NCBI GenBank assembly: GCA_964001285.1
Contig: CAXFAF010000007.1
Location: 8,255-72,254, forward strand
Length of the DNA stretch: 64,000 nucleotides
From: an uncultured bacterium
GTDB lineage: Bacteria > Pseudomonadota > Alphaproteobacteria > MED-G09
Direction: 5' to 3'
The notes beneath the pieces were generated by a model, which saw only the letters and a list, made by a program, of their open reading frames with translations, had not been told where the DNA came from and did not search any database. Shown piece by piece: positions 37,342 through 47,839 of the stretch (position 1 is its first letter; each line of letters opens with the position of its first letter). Made by a program: the position numbers and the translations under genes.

Positions 37342-38318
37342 TGCTAATGAAAGAGCTCCATCATAAATCAGTTATGATTGAGGAAGTTCTTTCAATTCTT
37401 AAACCTTCCGACGGTAAAATTTATATTGATGGCACTTTAGGTGCGGGCGGCCACTCAAAAAGAATATTAGAAAGCGCAAGATGTAAAGTTATTGGGATTG
37501 ACAAAGATCCAGATTCTATAAAACTTTGTAATGATATTAAAAAAAGATATCAAAATGAATTTTTTCCAATAGAAGGTAATTTTAGTGAATTAAAGAATTG
37601 TGCCTTATCGCTTGGCCATGAATACGTGGATGGTATTTTATTAGACCTCGGCGTTTCATCAATGCAATTAGACTCCCCCGATAGAGGTTTTTCATTCAAA
37701 TATAATGCCCCCTTAGATATGCGAATGAATAAATCAGGCGATAAGGCATACAATTTAATCAATTCTGCCAAGGAAAATTTACTTGCAGATATAATTTTTA
37801 AATATGGCGAAGAAAGATTATCAAGAAAAATTGCTAAAGAAATAGTTAAACAAAGAGAGATTAAAAGGATTAAGACTACTTTTGATTTATCAGAGATAGT
37901 TACAAGAGTTAGTAAATGGCATAAAAGAAAGATTCACCCTGCAACAAAAACCTTTCAAGCTATAAGAATATATTTAAATAACGAGCTTAAAGAACTCTAT
38001 GATGCCCTTTTATCATCTGAAGAAATTTTATCAGAAGGAGGAAAATTAATAGTAATTTCCTTCCATTCTCTAGAAGATAGAATAGTAAAGAACTTTATTA
38101 GGGATAACTCAATACCAAAGAAGAAATATAATTCTCTCAATATTGAAAAATCATTTGTCTACGAATCTAGAAGGGTATTAAGGCCTACTAAAGAGGAAAT
38201 TAATGAAAATAAGAGATCAAGATCTGCTAAATTGCGTTGGGTCTATAGATCATCTCTTCCTTTCAATTCTATAGAGAATTTACATGATTACCAAAAATAC
38301 GGAGGCATAATATGTTGA
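37338..38318 (+). CDS. rsmH: 16S rRNA (cytosine1402-N4)-methyltransferase
   Basis: HKSVMIEEVL start and SAM-binding DGTLGAGGHS. 326 aa. Second gene of the dcw cluster. Confidence 0.9.
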   Translation: MMLMKELHHKSVMIEEVLSILKPSDGKIYIDGTLGAGGHSKRILESARCKVIGIDKDPDSIKLCNDIKKRYQNEFFPIEGNFSELKNCALSLGHEYVDGILLDLGVSSMQLDSPDRGFSFKYNAPLDMRMNKSGDKAYNLINSAKENLLADIIFKYGEERLSRKIAKEIVKQREIKRIKTTFDLSEIVTRVSKWHKRKIHPATKTFQAIRIYLNNELKELYDALLSSEEILSEGGKLIVISFHSLEDRIVKNFIRDNSIPKKKYNSLNIEKSFVYESRRVLRPTKEEINENKRSRSAKLRWVYRSSLPFNSIENLHDYQKYGGIIC

Positions 38319-38602
38319 GGTATTTTGTTTTTATATTTTTGTTAATTTTTCTTTCAATAAATATCTATCATTACACCATAAGTTATGAAGTGATAAAACT
38401 AGAGAAACAAAATAATATACTGACAAAAGAAATATTTACTGAGTTAGATAAAAGAAATCAATTAAAAGCTGAATGGGCAATCATAATTAGCCCAAGCAAT
38501 TTAGAAAAATTAGCTGAAAAATACTCTAAGAAATTAAAATTAAAGCCAATTCGGGGTGATCAGATAGAAGTTTTATCACCAAGAATTGTTGAGGGTGAAT
38601 AA
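38312..38602 (+). CDS. ftsL: cell division protein FtsL-like (small bitopic membrane protein)
   Basis: 96 aa with an N-terminal TM segment then a coiled-coil-like region, at the canonical position between rsmH and ftsI. 7-nt overlap with rsmH and 17-nt overlap with ftsI. Confidence 0.55.
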   Translation: MLRYFVFIFLLIFLSINIYHYTISYEVIKLEKQNNILTKEIFTELDKRNQLKAEWAIIISPSNLEKLAEKYSKKLKLKPIRGDQIEVLSPRIVEGE

Positions 38603-40343
38603 AATGAAAAAAGGTAATATTAATTCTAGAATAGTTGTTGGCGATGATATTTCTCAATTATTTGATAATAACCTTAATAATTCTTCAAGTAGAAAATTTT
38701 CTAGTAACCCGATCAATGTAAGCAGAAATAGATTAAAATTTGCTCTTTCTATCTTTGTTTTATTTTTTGTTATTTTTTCAATAAGGAACACCTTTTTATC
38801 TGTTTTTCCAGGAGATGTAATTAGTGAACCAAAGACATCATTAGTCCTTGCAACCAATAAACCACTTCCCGATATTTATGATCGAAGTGGAAAAAATTTA
38901 ATGGCAACAACCGTTAAAACCTTAAGGGCTTCTGTTTTTAATAGATCTAATTCAAATAAATTTGATATTCAAAAAGCTGCAATTAAATTATCCCCTTACT
39001 TAAATGAAGATCCAGAAACAATTTCAAATAAACTTTCAAAGGGCAGATATGTAGAGTTAATTAATGATATAAGTGAAAAAGAACAATACGATTTACTTAA
39101 TTCTGGAGTTGCTGAAGTTGAATTTAGTAATGTGTGGAGAAGAGTTTTTCCTAATAAAACATTAGCTTCTCATATTATTGGGTATTCAAATAGGGATTTT
39201 GATGAAAATTCTTCAGCTGGTTTAGAAAGATGGATATATAAAAATAATATTCAATCTGAAAATATTCACCTATCATTAAATTTGAATGTTCAGAATTATC
39301 TTGAAAAAGCTTTATTTGAAGCAATAGAAACTTATGAAGCCAAGGCTGGATTTGGAGTAATTTTAAATGCGAAAAATGGAGAAATTATAGCATTAGCTTC
39401 TCTTCCTAATTATGATCCTAATACAATAAATAACCAATCCCAGATGAAAACTAATGAATTAAGATTTAACAGGGTTGTTCAAGGTAGTTATGAAATGGGC
39501 TCTGTTATGAAGTTGTTTACTTTGGCTATGGCGCTTGAAGAGGAAAAAATTAATCTATCTGATGAATTTGATGTTTGGAAATGTATTAATAAAAATCGTA
39601 AAAAATGTCTTTCTGATTACAGAAAAAGTAAAGCTCAATTTTTAAATGCAGCTGAATGCCTTATAAAATCATCTAATATTTGTATGGCGCAAATTGCACA
39701 AATAGTCGGTCTAGAAACACAAAAAAGATTCCTATCTGAAACAGGACTTTTAGATGAACAATTCTTAGAATTATATGAGATGGGTAAACCAAGTTTACCT
39801 GAAAACTGGAACGAGCTGTCTATGGAACAGATTTCGTTTGGCCATAGTATTGGCCTAGTACCGTTGTCATTCGCGTCTGCCACTGCGGCATTAGTGAATG
39901 GTGGATATTTACTTGAACCAACTCTTTTTCTAAGAAAAGATGAATACATTACCAACGCAAAATTAATATCTTCTGATGTAAGTGAGGCTATGCGTTATGT
40001 AATGAGACAAGTTGTAAAATCAGGATCAGGTAAACAAGCAGATATTGAAGGATACGAGGTTATAGGGAAAACCGGTACAGCTGATAAACCATGTTCTACT
40101 GGAGGGTATTGCGGAATATTAACAAGCTTTGTAGGTGCTTTCCCAGGTTGGAATCCAGAATATGTTATTTTGGTGAGCTTAGATGATCCTAAAGGAAAAA
40201 AAAATATTAGGGGGACTTCTGCTTATTGGAATGCCGCACCGACAGCAGGAAAAGTTATAAAAAGAGTTGCTCCATTGCTTAAAATTTCACAGAAAAATGT
40301 TTCAAAAGATTCAATTGAAGATTATGTAGAGGCAAATTCTTAA
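38586..40343 (+). CDS. ftsI: peptidoglycan D,D-transpeptidase FtsI (PBP3)
   Basis: N-terminal TM anchor. Transpeptidase motifs SxxK (SVMK), SxN region and KTGT (GKTGTAD). 585 aa. Confidence 0.85.
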   Translation: MLRVNKMKKGNINSRIVVGDDISQLFDNNLNNSSSRKFSSNPINVSRNRLKFALSIFVLFFVIFSIRNTFLSVFPGDVISEPKTSLVLATNKPLPDIYDRSGKNLMATTVKTLRASVFNRSNSNKFDIQKAAIKLSPYLNEDPETISNKLSKGRYVELINDISEKEQYDLLNSGVAEVEFSNVWRRVFPNKTLASHIIGYSNRDFDENSSAGLERWIYKNNIQSENIHLSLNLNVQNYLEKALFEAIETYEAKAGFGVILNAKNGEIIALASLPNYDPNTINNQSQMKTNELRFNRVVQGSYEMGSVMKLFTLAMALEEEKINLSDEFDVWKCINKNRKKCLSDYRKSKAQFLNAAECLIKSSNICMAQIAQIVGLETQKRFLSETGLLDEQFLELYEMGKPSLPENWNELSMEQISFGHSIGLVPLSFASATAALVNGGYLLEPTLFLRKDEYITNAKLISSDVSEAMRYVMRQVVKSGSGKQADIEGYEVIGKTGTADKPCSTGGYCGILTSFVGAFPGWNPEYVILVSLDDPKGKKNIRGTSAYWNAAPTAGKVIKRVAPLLKISQKNVSKDSIEDYVEANS

Positions 40344-41770
40344 TGATCAAATTAAACGATATATATAAATCTTTTTCTTCTGACAATCTAGTAAAAGGAG
40401 TTACTTGTGATAGCAGAGAAGTGAAGTCTGGGTATATATTTGTTGCAATTCAAGGCGAAGTAGACAGAGGTGAAGATTATATTGATGAGGCAGTTAAAAA
40501 GGGGGCTATTGCAGTTGTCGCTTCAAAAAATTATAAAAATAAACTGAATGTTCCTGTTATTAAAAAAGATAATCCAAGAAAATCATTATCTTATATTTCA
40601 TCCTTAGTATTCTCTAAAAATCCTGAAACAATTTGTGCAATAACTGGTACAAACGGCAAAACTTCTACTACAAATTTTCTTCAACAACTATGGAGCTTAA
40701 TGGGTTTAAACGCATCCAGCATAGGAACTCTTGGAATAATTGGAAATGAAGAGATCAAAGATACTAATAATACTACACCTGATCCAGTAGCATTACATCA
40801 AACTTTAGATAATTTATTTAATAACAAAATCACTCATTTGGCTTTGGAGGCTTCAAGTCATGGATTAGCTCAACATCGAATTGATAGTGTACCTATTAGA
40901 GCTGCTGGTTTCACTAATATTAGTCAAGATCACCTTGATTATCACCAAAGTATGGAGGCTTATTTTGATGCTAAAAAAAGGCTTTTTACAGAAATACTTC
41001 CTAAGGAAAATTATGCTGTTGTTTGCATTGATACTGATCAAGGAAGAGAATTATCAACTATAATTAATAATACAGGAAGAGGGGTAATTGAAGTCGGAGA
41101 ATCCGCAAATGCCTTTAATTTAAGAAGGTTAGCGCCCAATCAAGATGGTATGGAGATGGTTTTTCAGTATAGCGGAAGACTCTTTTCCATTCCGTTGAGA
41201 GTTGAGGGGTATTTTCAAGCCATGAATATATTATGTGCTACAGGCCTAGCTGTTGCTTCAGGCTCACCATCAGAAATTGTTTTTGAACACTTGAAAGATC
41301 TCCGACCAATCACGGGCAGGTTAGAATTTTGTGGAAAAAATAGTGATGGTGCCAAAATTTATGTTGATTATGCTCATACTCCAGATGCCTTGACAGCTGC
41401 TTTATTTTCCTTACGAGAATTAACTGAGAATGAAATAATTTTAGTTTTTGGGTGCGGAGGAAATAGAGATTCTATTAAAAGAGTTATAATGGGAGAAATT
41501 GCTGAAAATTTTTCTGATAAAGTCATAATTACCGATGATAATCCAAGAGATGAAAATCCAAAAAAAATAAGAGAAGCTATTTTAAAAGGCTGTCCTTCAG
41601 CAATAGAAATATCTGATCGTCATGAGGCTATTAGTAAGGCAATTAGCACGGGTAAAAAGGGCGATTCAATAATTATTGCTGGAAAAGGTCACGAAAAAAT
41701 ACAAATTATAGGAAAAAATGAGATTCCTTTTTCGGATCAAGAAACAGTAAGAAATATAATAGGCAATTAA
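40343..41770 (+). CDS. murE: UDP-N-acetylmuramoyl-L-alanyl-D-glutamate--2,6-diaminopimelate ligase
   Basis: Mur ligase ATP-binding loop GTNGKTST. DNPR motif (DDNPRDENP) characteristic of meso-DAP-adding MurE. 475 aa. Confidence 0.9.
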   Translation: MIKLNDIYKSFSSDNLVKGVTCDSREVKSGYIFVAIQGEVDRGEDYIDEAVKKGAIAVVASKNYKNKLNVPVIKKDNPRKSLSYISSLVFSKNPETICAITGTNGKTSTTNFLQQLWSLMGLNASSIGTLGIIGNEEIKDTNNTTPDPVALHQTLDNLFNNKITHLALEASSHGLAQHRIDSVPIRAAGFTNISQDHLDYHQSMEAYFDAKKRLFTEILPKENYAVVCIDTDQGRELSTIINNTGRGVIEVGESANAFNLRRLAPNQDGMEMVFQYSGRLFSIPLRVEGYFQAMNILCATGLAVASGSPSEIVFEHLKDLRPITGRLEFCGKNSDGAKIYVDYAHTPDALTAALFSLRELTENEIILVFGCGGNRDSIKRVIMGEIAENFSDKVIITDDNPRDENPKKIREAILKGCPSAIEISDRHEAISKAISTGKKGDSIIIAGKGHEKIQIIGKNEIPFSDQETVRNIIGN

Positions 41771-43168
41771 ATGAATAATGTTCTTTGGCAAGGTAAAGAG
41801 GTTTTAAGTGTTATTGAGGGTCATGGTGAATATAATTGGAGCGCATCAGGAGTATCTATTGACACAAGAACAATAAAAAAAGGTGATATATTTTGTGCTC
41901 TACCTGGTCTTAACCATGATGGCAACGAATTCATAGAAGAGGCATTAAATAAAGGGGCTTCGATAGCCATATCTAATAAACCTTCATTAATAAATTCCAA
42001 GAAAGTGGTTTTTGTAAATGATGTATTAAAAGCATTAACTAAATTAGGTTCTTATTCTAGATCTAGAACTAATGCAAAAATTATTTCTGTTACAGGAAGT
42101 TCTGGAAAAACAACTTTAAAAGAAATGATAGCTCATTGCTTATCTGAGTTTGGAAAAGTTCATAAGTCAAAAAAATCTTACAATAACCACATTGGTGTAC
42201 CTTTATCATTGTCTAATATGCCGAAGGATGCAGATTACGCTATTTTTGAGATTGGCATGAATAAGAAAGGTGAGATATCTAACTTAGCTAATATATTAAA
42301 ACCTCATATTGGAATAGTTAATAATGCTGGAAAAGCGCATATCGGTTTTTTTGATAACGAAAAAGAAATAGTAAAAGAAAAATTATCAATAGTTGACGGT
42401 ATAGTTGATGGAGGAAATCTAATAGTGAATGACAAATTATTAAGTGATTTAAAGGATTATCCAATCAAAGATAAAGACATAAAAACCTATTCATTTGGAT
42501 TCTCAAAAAAATCTGATGCCCAATTTATTAAGGGTATCTCTCATAAATCCACTTCATTCTTAATATCAAGAGTTAACAATAAGGAGATTAAATATTCAAC
42601 TAATCTTATTGGAGAGCATATGGCATTAAATACTTTGCCTGCGATTTTAGTCAATAAAATAGTAAATAATTCTAATACGAAATTCTTAAAAAAATTAGAA
42701 AGATTTAAAGCTATTGAAGGAAGGGGTAATAAATTTCATATTAATTTTTTTGATAAGAATATTGAAATTATTGATGAAAGCTACAATGCAAATCCAGATT
42801 CAATGGAAGCCTCTATTAATGCAGTTAAAATTAACAAAGATAATAATAAAAGATTAATATTTTTTGTTGGAGATATGTTGGAGTTAGGAAAACACTCAAA
42901 GGTAATGCATAAAAAAATCGCTAAATTAATTAATAAATCTGAAATAGATTTAGTTTTTGCTATAGGAAGTGAGGTTAAATATTTATGGGAAGACATTAAT
43001 TGTGAAAAGAAAGGAGAAATTTTTAATAATGTAGATGGGGTGATTCCCAAATTAAGAAATATAACAATGGATAAAGATATCATTTTATTAAAAGGATCTT
43101 CGAGAATTAATCTTAATAAAATAATCGATTCAATGTTATCTCATAAGTCTCTTAGGAAGATTGCGTAG
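41771..43168 (+). CDS. murF: UDP-N-acetylmuramoyl-tripeptide--D-alanyl-D-alanine ligase
   Basis: Mur ligase P-loop GSSGKTT. 465 aa. Canonical position after murE. Confidence 0.85.
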   Translation: MNNVLWQGKEVLSVIEGHGEYNWSASGVSIDTRTIKKGDIFCALPGLNHDGNEFIEEALNKGASIAISNKPSLINSKKVVFVNDVLKALTKLGSYSRSRTNAKIISVTGSSGKTTLKEMIAHCLSEFGKVHKSKKSYNNHIGVPLSLSNMPKDADYAIFEIGMNKKGEISNLANILKPHIGIVNNAGKAHIGFFDNEKEIVKEKLSIVDGIVDGGNLIVNDKLLSDLKDYPIKDKDIKTYSFGFSKKSDAQFIKGISHKSTSFLISRVNNKEIKYSTNLIGEHMALNTLPAILVNKIVNNSNTKFLKKLERFKAIEGRGNKFHINFFDKNIEIIDESYNANPDSMEASINAVKINKDNNKRLIFFVGDMLELGKHSKVMHKKIAKLINKSEIDLVFAIGSEVKYLWEDINCEKKGEIFNNVDGVIPKLRNITMDKDIILLKGSSRINLNKIIDSMLSHKSLRKIA

Positions 43169-44256
43169 TGGTTTTATATCTCCTTGAAATATTAAGTTTC
43201 GAATTTCCAGGTTCAGGTTTATTTTCATACATTACCGTTAGAGCCGTTTGTTCACTTTTAACTTCATTAATTCTAGTTTTAGCTTTTGGATCACAATTTG
43301 TTAAAATTATGCAAATTAGACAAGGAAATGGTCAACCTATAAGAGAAGATGGTCCAATTAGCCATCTCTTAACAAAAAAAGGAACACCTTCTATGGGAGG
43401 GTTATTAATATTAGCTTCTTTTTTTATCAGTACAATTTTTTGGTCAGATCTTTCTAATGTTTATGTATGGATAATTATTGTTTTAGCTTTTTTATTTGGT
43501 TTAATTGGTTATTTAGATGATAGAAGAAAGATTAAAGAACAAACATCCAAAGGAATTTCTTCATTTAAAAAAATACTTCTCCAAATAATATTCTCAATTT
43601 TTATAATTTACCTAATCTCAACACAATCAACATTAGAACTTAGGCATTCTCTATCAGTACCCTTTATCAATGGAGCATTTTTTGTTGGTTTATTGGTATA
43701 TTATTCTTTTACATCATTAGTAATTGTTGGATCTTCTAATGCAGTAAATTTAACTGACGGATTAGACGGTCTTGCAATAGTCCCTGTTATGATAGCTTTG
43801 GCATGTTTTGGATTAATATCTTATCTTTCTGGGAATGTAATTTTTTCAGATTATTTAGGCATAAATTACATAATTCATTCAGGTGAAATTAGTGTACTTT
43901 GCTGTGCACTTTTAGGGAGTTGTTTAGGTTTTTTATGGTTTAATGCCCCACCTGCTATGATTTTTATGGGAGACACAGGATCTCTTTCTTTAGGTGCAAT
44001 TTTAGGATCAATTGCTGTTATTACAAAACACGAATTGGTCTTAGTAATCATAGGCGGAGTTTTTGTTTTGGAAGCCCTTTCAGTTATTGTTCAAGTTGTT
44101 TCTTTTAAATTATTTGGAAAAAGAGTTTTTAGGATGGCTCCAATACACCATCACTTTGAACAGAAAGGATGGTCTGAATCTACAATAGTAATAAGATTTT
44201 GGATTATTTCTTTTGCTTTAGCGCTGATAGGTCTTGCGACATTAAAATTAAGATAA
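43168..44256 (+). CDS. mraY: phospho-N-acetylmuramoyl-pentapeptide transferase
   Basis: 10-TM protein with conserved NAVNLTDGLDGLA and MGDTGSL motifs. 362 aa. Confidence 0.9.
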   Translation: MVLYLLEILSFEFPGSGLFSYITVRAVCSLLTSLILVLAFGSQFVKIMQIRQGNGQPIREDGPISHLLTKKGTPSMGGLLILASFFISTIFWSDLSNVYVWIIIVLAFLFGLIGYLDDRRKIKEQTSKGISSFKKILLQIIFSIFIIYLISTQSTLELRHSLSVPFINGAFFVGLLVYYSFTSLVIVGSSNAVNLTDGLDGLAIVPVMIALACFGLISYLSGNVIFSDYLGINYIIHSGEISVLCCALLGSCLGFLWFNAPPAMIFMGDTGSLSLGAILGSIAVITKHELVLVIIGGVFVLEALSVIVQVVSFKLFGKRVFRMAPIHHHFEQKGWSESTIVIRFWIISFALALIGLATLKLR

Positions 44257-45566
44257 TGATTAATACAGATAAATATAAAGATAAAAATATAATTATTTAT
44301 GGCCTTGGAAAAACAGGTATTTCAACATACCAAGCTTTAAAAGAATCTTGTGCTAATATTTTTATATGGGATGATGATGATTCTGTAAGACAAGAGCTAA
44401 GTAAATCAGGAATGGAATTTATTAATCCTAATCAATGGCCTTGGGAGAAAATGGATATATTAATTCCATCGCCTGGAATACCTATAAATTATGGAAAAAA
44501 TTCCTTTATTGTTGAAAAAGCTTTAAAAAAGGGAAGTATCGAAATATTAGGCGACATAGAGCTATTTTATCAAGATCTCAAATCGTCAAAACTTGATAAA
44601 AAAATTATTGCCATTACTGGAACTAATGGAAAATCAACATTTGTAACTTTATTGCATCAGATTTTAAAAGAAGCTGGTGAAGAATCTTATTTATTAGGAA
44701 ATATTGGAAATCCAATACTGTCTATAGAGCCAAGAGATAATAATCAAATATACATAATTGAAATTTCATCCTTTCAAATTGAATTAATTGATAAATTTAA
44801 ACCTGATATTGCTGTGCTTTTGAATATTTCTGAAGACCACAAAGAAAGATATTCATCATTTGATGAATATAGATTGGCTAAAATAAAAATCTTTTCAAAT
44901 ATGAATTCTAATGATTATGCTATTTTAAACGAAAGTTTAGGTTATGAAGATATTTTAGATAAGATTAATCCATTACCAAAAAAGATTATCGTTAAAGATG
45001 ATAATTCTTTTATGGAAAGTAAATTTGATCTATCTAATTTTTCCTATAAAAATCTTTTACCTGCATTGTTTACCGTAACTGACATTATTAATATCGAAAG
45101 AAAACATGTGTTTGAGGTTTTGTTAAATTTTAAAAACCTTAATCATAGAACTAAAGAGGTGTATGCCAATAAAGAAATAAGATTTATTGATGATTCAAAG
45201 GCAACTAATCCCGCTGCAGCTAATTTTGCTATTAATCAGTATAAGGATATTTATTTAATATTAGGAGGTTTGTCTAAGCAGAATGATTTAAGAAAATTAG
45301 ATTTATCTTCAAAAAATATTAATAAAGCCTTTTTTATCGGGTCATCTTCAGATCAGTTAAGTAAGATTGCGCCTAAGGATTTAGATTTTGAAGTTTCTAG
45401 AAACCTAGAGCACGCGACTAAATCGGCCTATATAGAAGCATTAAAAAATAAGAAAGGGTGTGTTCTTCTTTCTCCAGGGTGCAGTTCTCTAGATGAATAT
45501 AATAATTTTCAAGAACGAGGAGATGATTTTGCAAAGATTGTCAATAATCTGGATATAAAATGTTAA
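44256..45566 (+). CDS. murD: UDP-N-acetylmuramoylalanine--D-glutamate ligase
   Basis: N-terminal IIIYGLGKTGIST Rossmann-like motif and ATP loop GTNGKST. The ORF track starts at 44199 inside mraY. The ATG at 44256 (TAATG overlap with the mraY stop) gives the family N-terminus. Confidence 0.85.
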   Translation: MINTDKYKDKNIIIYGLGKTGISTYQALKESCANIFIWDDDDSVRQELSKSGMEFINPNQWPWEKMDILIPSPGIPINYGKNSFIVEKALKKGSIEILGDIELFYQDLKSSKLDKKIIAITGTNGKSTFVTLLHQILKEAGEESYLLGNIGNPILSIEPRDNNQIYIIEISSFQIELIDKFKPDIAVLLNISEDHKERYSSFDEYRLAKIKIFSNMNSNDYAILNESLGYEDILDKINPLPKKIIVKDDNSFMESKFDLSNFSYKNLLPALFTVTDIINIERKHVFEVLLNFKNLNHRTKEVYANKEIRFIDDSKATNPAAANFAINQYKDIYLILGGLSKQNDLRKLDLSSKNINKAFFIGSSSDQLSKIAPKDLDFEVSRNLEHATKSAYIEALKNKKGCVLLSPGCSSLDEYNNFQERGDDFAKIVNNLDIKC

Positions 45567-46741
45567 GAATATCTCGAACAAACATGGGGCCTGTAGGTGA
45601 ATGGTGGTTTACTGTAGATAGATTTATGTTATTTGGACTTATTCTTCTGGGTGGCATTGGACTTTTCTTTTCCCTGGCCGTTAGTCCTGTTGAGGCAAAT
45701 CAATTAAATACAAATCAATATTATTTTTTAATTAAACAGACAATTTTCTTATTATTATCGATTTCGTTAATGATATTTATTTCTGTATTACCTAAAGGAT
45801 TTACCAGAAAACTATCTTTAATTATTTTTGTTCTTAGTATTTTAGGAATTGTGCTTTCATTATTTATTGGATTATCGAGTGGTGGTGCATCCCGTTGGCT
45901 ATCTTTAGCTGGATATATAACTATTCAACCTTCCGAATTTATTAAACCATCTTTGATTGTTATGTCAGCATGGTTCTTTGCTAGATCTAGGTTAGAAAAA
46001 AATAAAAATTTCAGTTTAATTCCTTTAGCTATGTTTATCCTTGTCGCTCTTTTGCTTATGTTGCAACCTGATTTAGGTCAAACAATCTTACTTTTTTTAA
46101 CTTTAGCGTGTTTAATATTCGTACAAGGATTTCCTATATTTATTATAGCTCCATTGGGAATCGTTTCAATGATAGCTGTTTTAACTTTTTATTATATTTT
46201 TCCTCACTTTGCCTCTCGTTTTGATTCTTGGGTAGAGATTTGGTTTGGCAGTGGAGCGGTCAATTCAAAATTAACACAAACCCAAGCAGCTATTGATGCA
46301 ATTGAAAATGGCCAAATTTTTGGTAAGGGAATCGGTGAAAGTTGGGTTAAATACCATCTTCCTGATGCTTATACAGATTTTGTTTTTGCCGCGATAGCTG
46401 AAGAAAATGGACTTATTGTAACGTTAACAATAATGTTTCTCTATCTATTATTAATCACTAGGGGCTTAATGAGGTCAATGAGCCAAAATAATTATTTTAA
46501 CCAGTTGGCTTCTTCAGGATTAATTATTCTGTTTGGATTACAAACACTTATACATATAGCAGTTAATTTAAGTTTAATTCCAGCAAAAGGAATGACATTA
46601 CCTTTTATAAGCTATGGAGGATCTTCTATATTAGCTATGGGGATAGGAATGGGTATGTTTCTATGTTTAACAAAAAAAACAAAACAAAATCTTAAAAATG
46701 CTTACCCCTTAATTAATGAAGAACAGATTTCCAAACCATGA
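45560..46741 (+). CDS. ftsW: peptidoglycan glycosyltransferase FtsW (SEDS family)
   Basis: 10-TM SEDS protein with conserved PDLGQT and PAKGMTLPFISYGGSS motifs. 393 aa. Confidence 0.85.
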   Translation: MLRISRTNMGPVGEWWFTVDRFMLFGLILLGGIGLFFSLAVSPVEANQLNTNQYYFLIKQTIFLLLSISLMIFISVLPKGFTRKLSLIIFVLSILGIVLSLFIGLSSGGASRWLSLAGYITIQPSEFIKPSLIVMSAWFFARSRLEKNKNFSLIPLAMFILVALLLMLQPDLGQTILLFLTLACLIFVQGFPIFIIAPLGIVSMIAVLTFYYIFPHFASRFDSWVEIWFGSGAVNSKLTQTQAAIDAIENGQIFGKGIGESWVKYHLPDAYTDFVFAAIAEENGLIVTLTIMFLYLLLITRGLMRSMSQNNYFNQLASSGLIILFGLQTLIHIAVNLSLIPAKGMTLPFISYGGSSILAMGIGMGMFLCLTKKTKQNLKNAYPLINEEQISKP

Positions 46742-47838
46742 AAAATCTAAAAAACAATTTTATTATGATTGCAGCGGGTGGTTCTGGAGGGCATTTATTT
46801 TCTGCAAGCGCAATTTCTAGTGAATTAACAAAAAGAGGCTACAGAGTAATATTGTTAACAGATAAGAGGGTAAAAAACTTAATAATTGATTTTCCAGCAG
46901 AAAAGATTGTTTTTATTCCTTCGGATACCTTCACAAATAGGTCGTTATACAAGTGGCCATTTGTATTAGGTAAATTATTTTTGGGTTTTATCCTTTCTTT
47001 TTTTTGGGCTTTTAAGACGCGAACACAATTATCTATTGGTTTTGGAGGCTATCCGTCAGTAGCACCTTTACTTGCGTTTAAGATTTGTGGTTCAAAAATA
47101 TTAATCCATGAACAAAATTCAATATTTGGTAGAGCAAATAAATTTTTATCATTATTTGCCGACGGTATAACCATGGGATTTGAAAATACAAAAATTTTAT
47201 CAAAAATGACTAATAAAAAGATTCATTTTTATGGAAATCCTGTCAGAGAAAAAATTTTATATTATAAGAATTCAAAAAAAGTAATAAATACTAGGAATAT
47301 AACTTTGCTTGTATTTGGAGGAAGTCAAGGCGCTAGTTTTCTATCATCAATAATTCCAAATGTAATAAATGAGCTTCCAGAGGAAATTATAAAAAATATT
47401 AATATTATTCAGCAAGCGAGAAAAGAAGATATAGGGAAATTAGAGAATTTTTACTCAGATCATAACTTAAGATATCAAGTCAAAGAATTTTTTTATAATT
47501 TTCCTGAAATTATTAATGATTCTGACCTGGTTATTTCTAGGTCTGGGGCATCAACAATTAGTGAAATGGCTATAATGGGCAAAGCGTGTATTTTTGTTCC
47601 TCTTCCAAGCACATTAGATGGTGATCAGGAGAGTAATGCTAAAATCTTAGAAAGTTCAGATGCTGCAATAGTTTATTATCAGGATCAATTAAAACCATCC
47701 ATTTTAGCCAAAAGAATAGAAGAGTTAGTTAGTTTTCCTGAAAAACTTTATGAATTGTCAGAAAATATAAAGAAATTTGGAAATGAAGGCGCTTCATTAA
47801 AGCTAGTTAACTTTTCGGAAAGCCTAATGAGTAAATAA
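46738..47838 (+). CDS. murG: UDP-N-acetylglucosamine--N-acetylmuramyl-(pentapeptide) pyrophosphoryl-undecaprenol N-acetylglucosamine transferase
   Basis: GT28 family. AAGGSGGHLF N-terminal glycine-rich loop. 366 aa. ATGA overlap with ftsW. Confidence 0.85.
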   Translation: MKNLKNNFIMIAAGGSGGHLFSASAISSELTKRGYRVILLTDKRVKNLIIDFPAEKIVFIPSDTFTNRSLYKWPFVLGKLFLGFILSFFWAFKTRTQLSIGFGGYPSVAPLLAFKICGSKILIHEQNSIFGRANKFLSLFADGITMGFENTKILSKMTNKKIHFYGNPVREKILYYKNSKKVINTRNITLLVFGGSQGASFLSSIIPNVINELPEEIIKNINIIQQARKEDIGKLENFYSDHNLRYQVKEFFYNFPEIINDSDLVISRSGASTISEMAIMGKACIFVPLPSTLDGDQESNAKILESSDAAIVYYQDQLKPSILAKRIEELVSFPEKLYELSENIKKFGNEGASLKLVNFSESLMSK

Positions 47839-47839
47839 A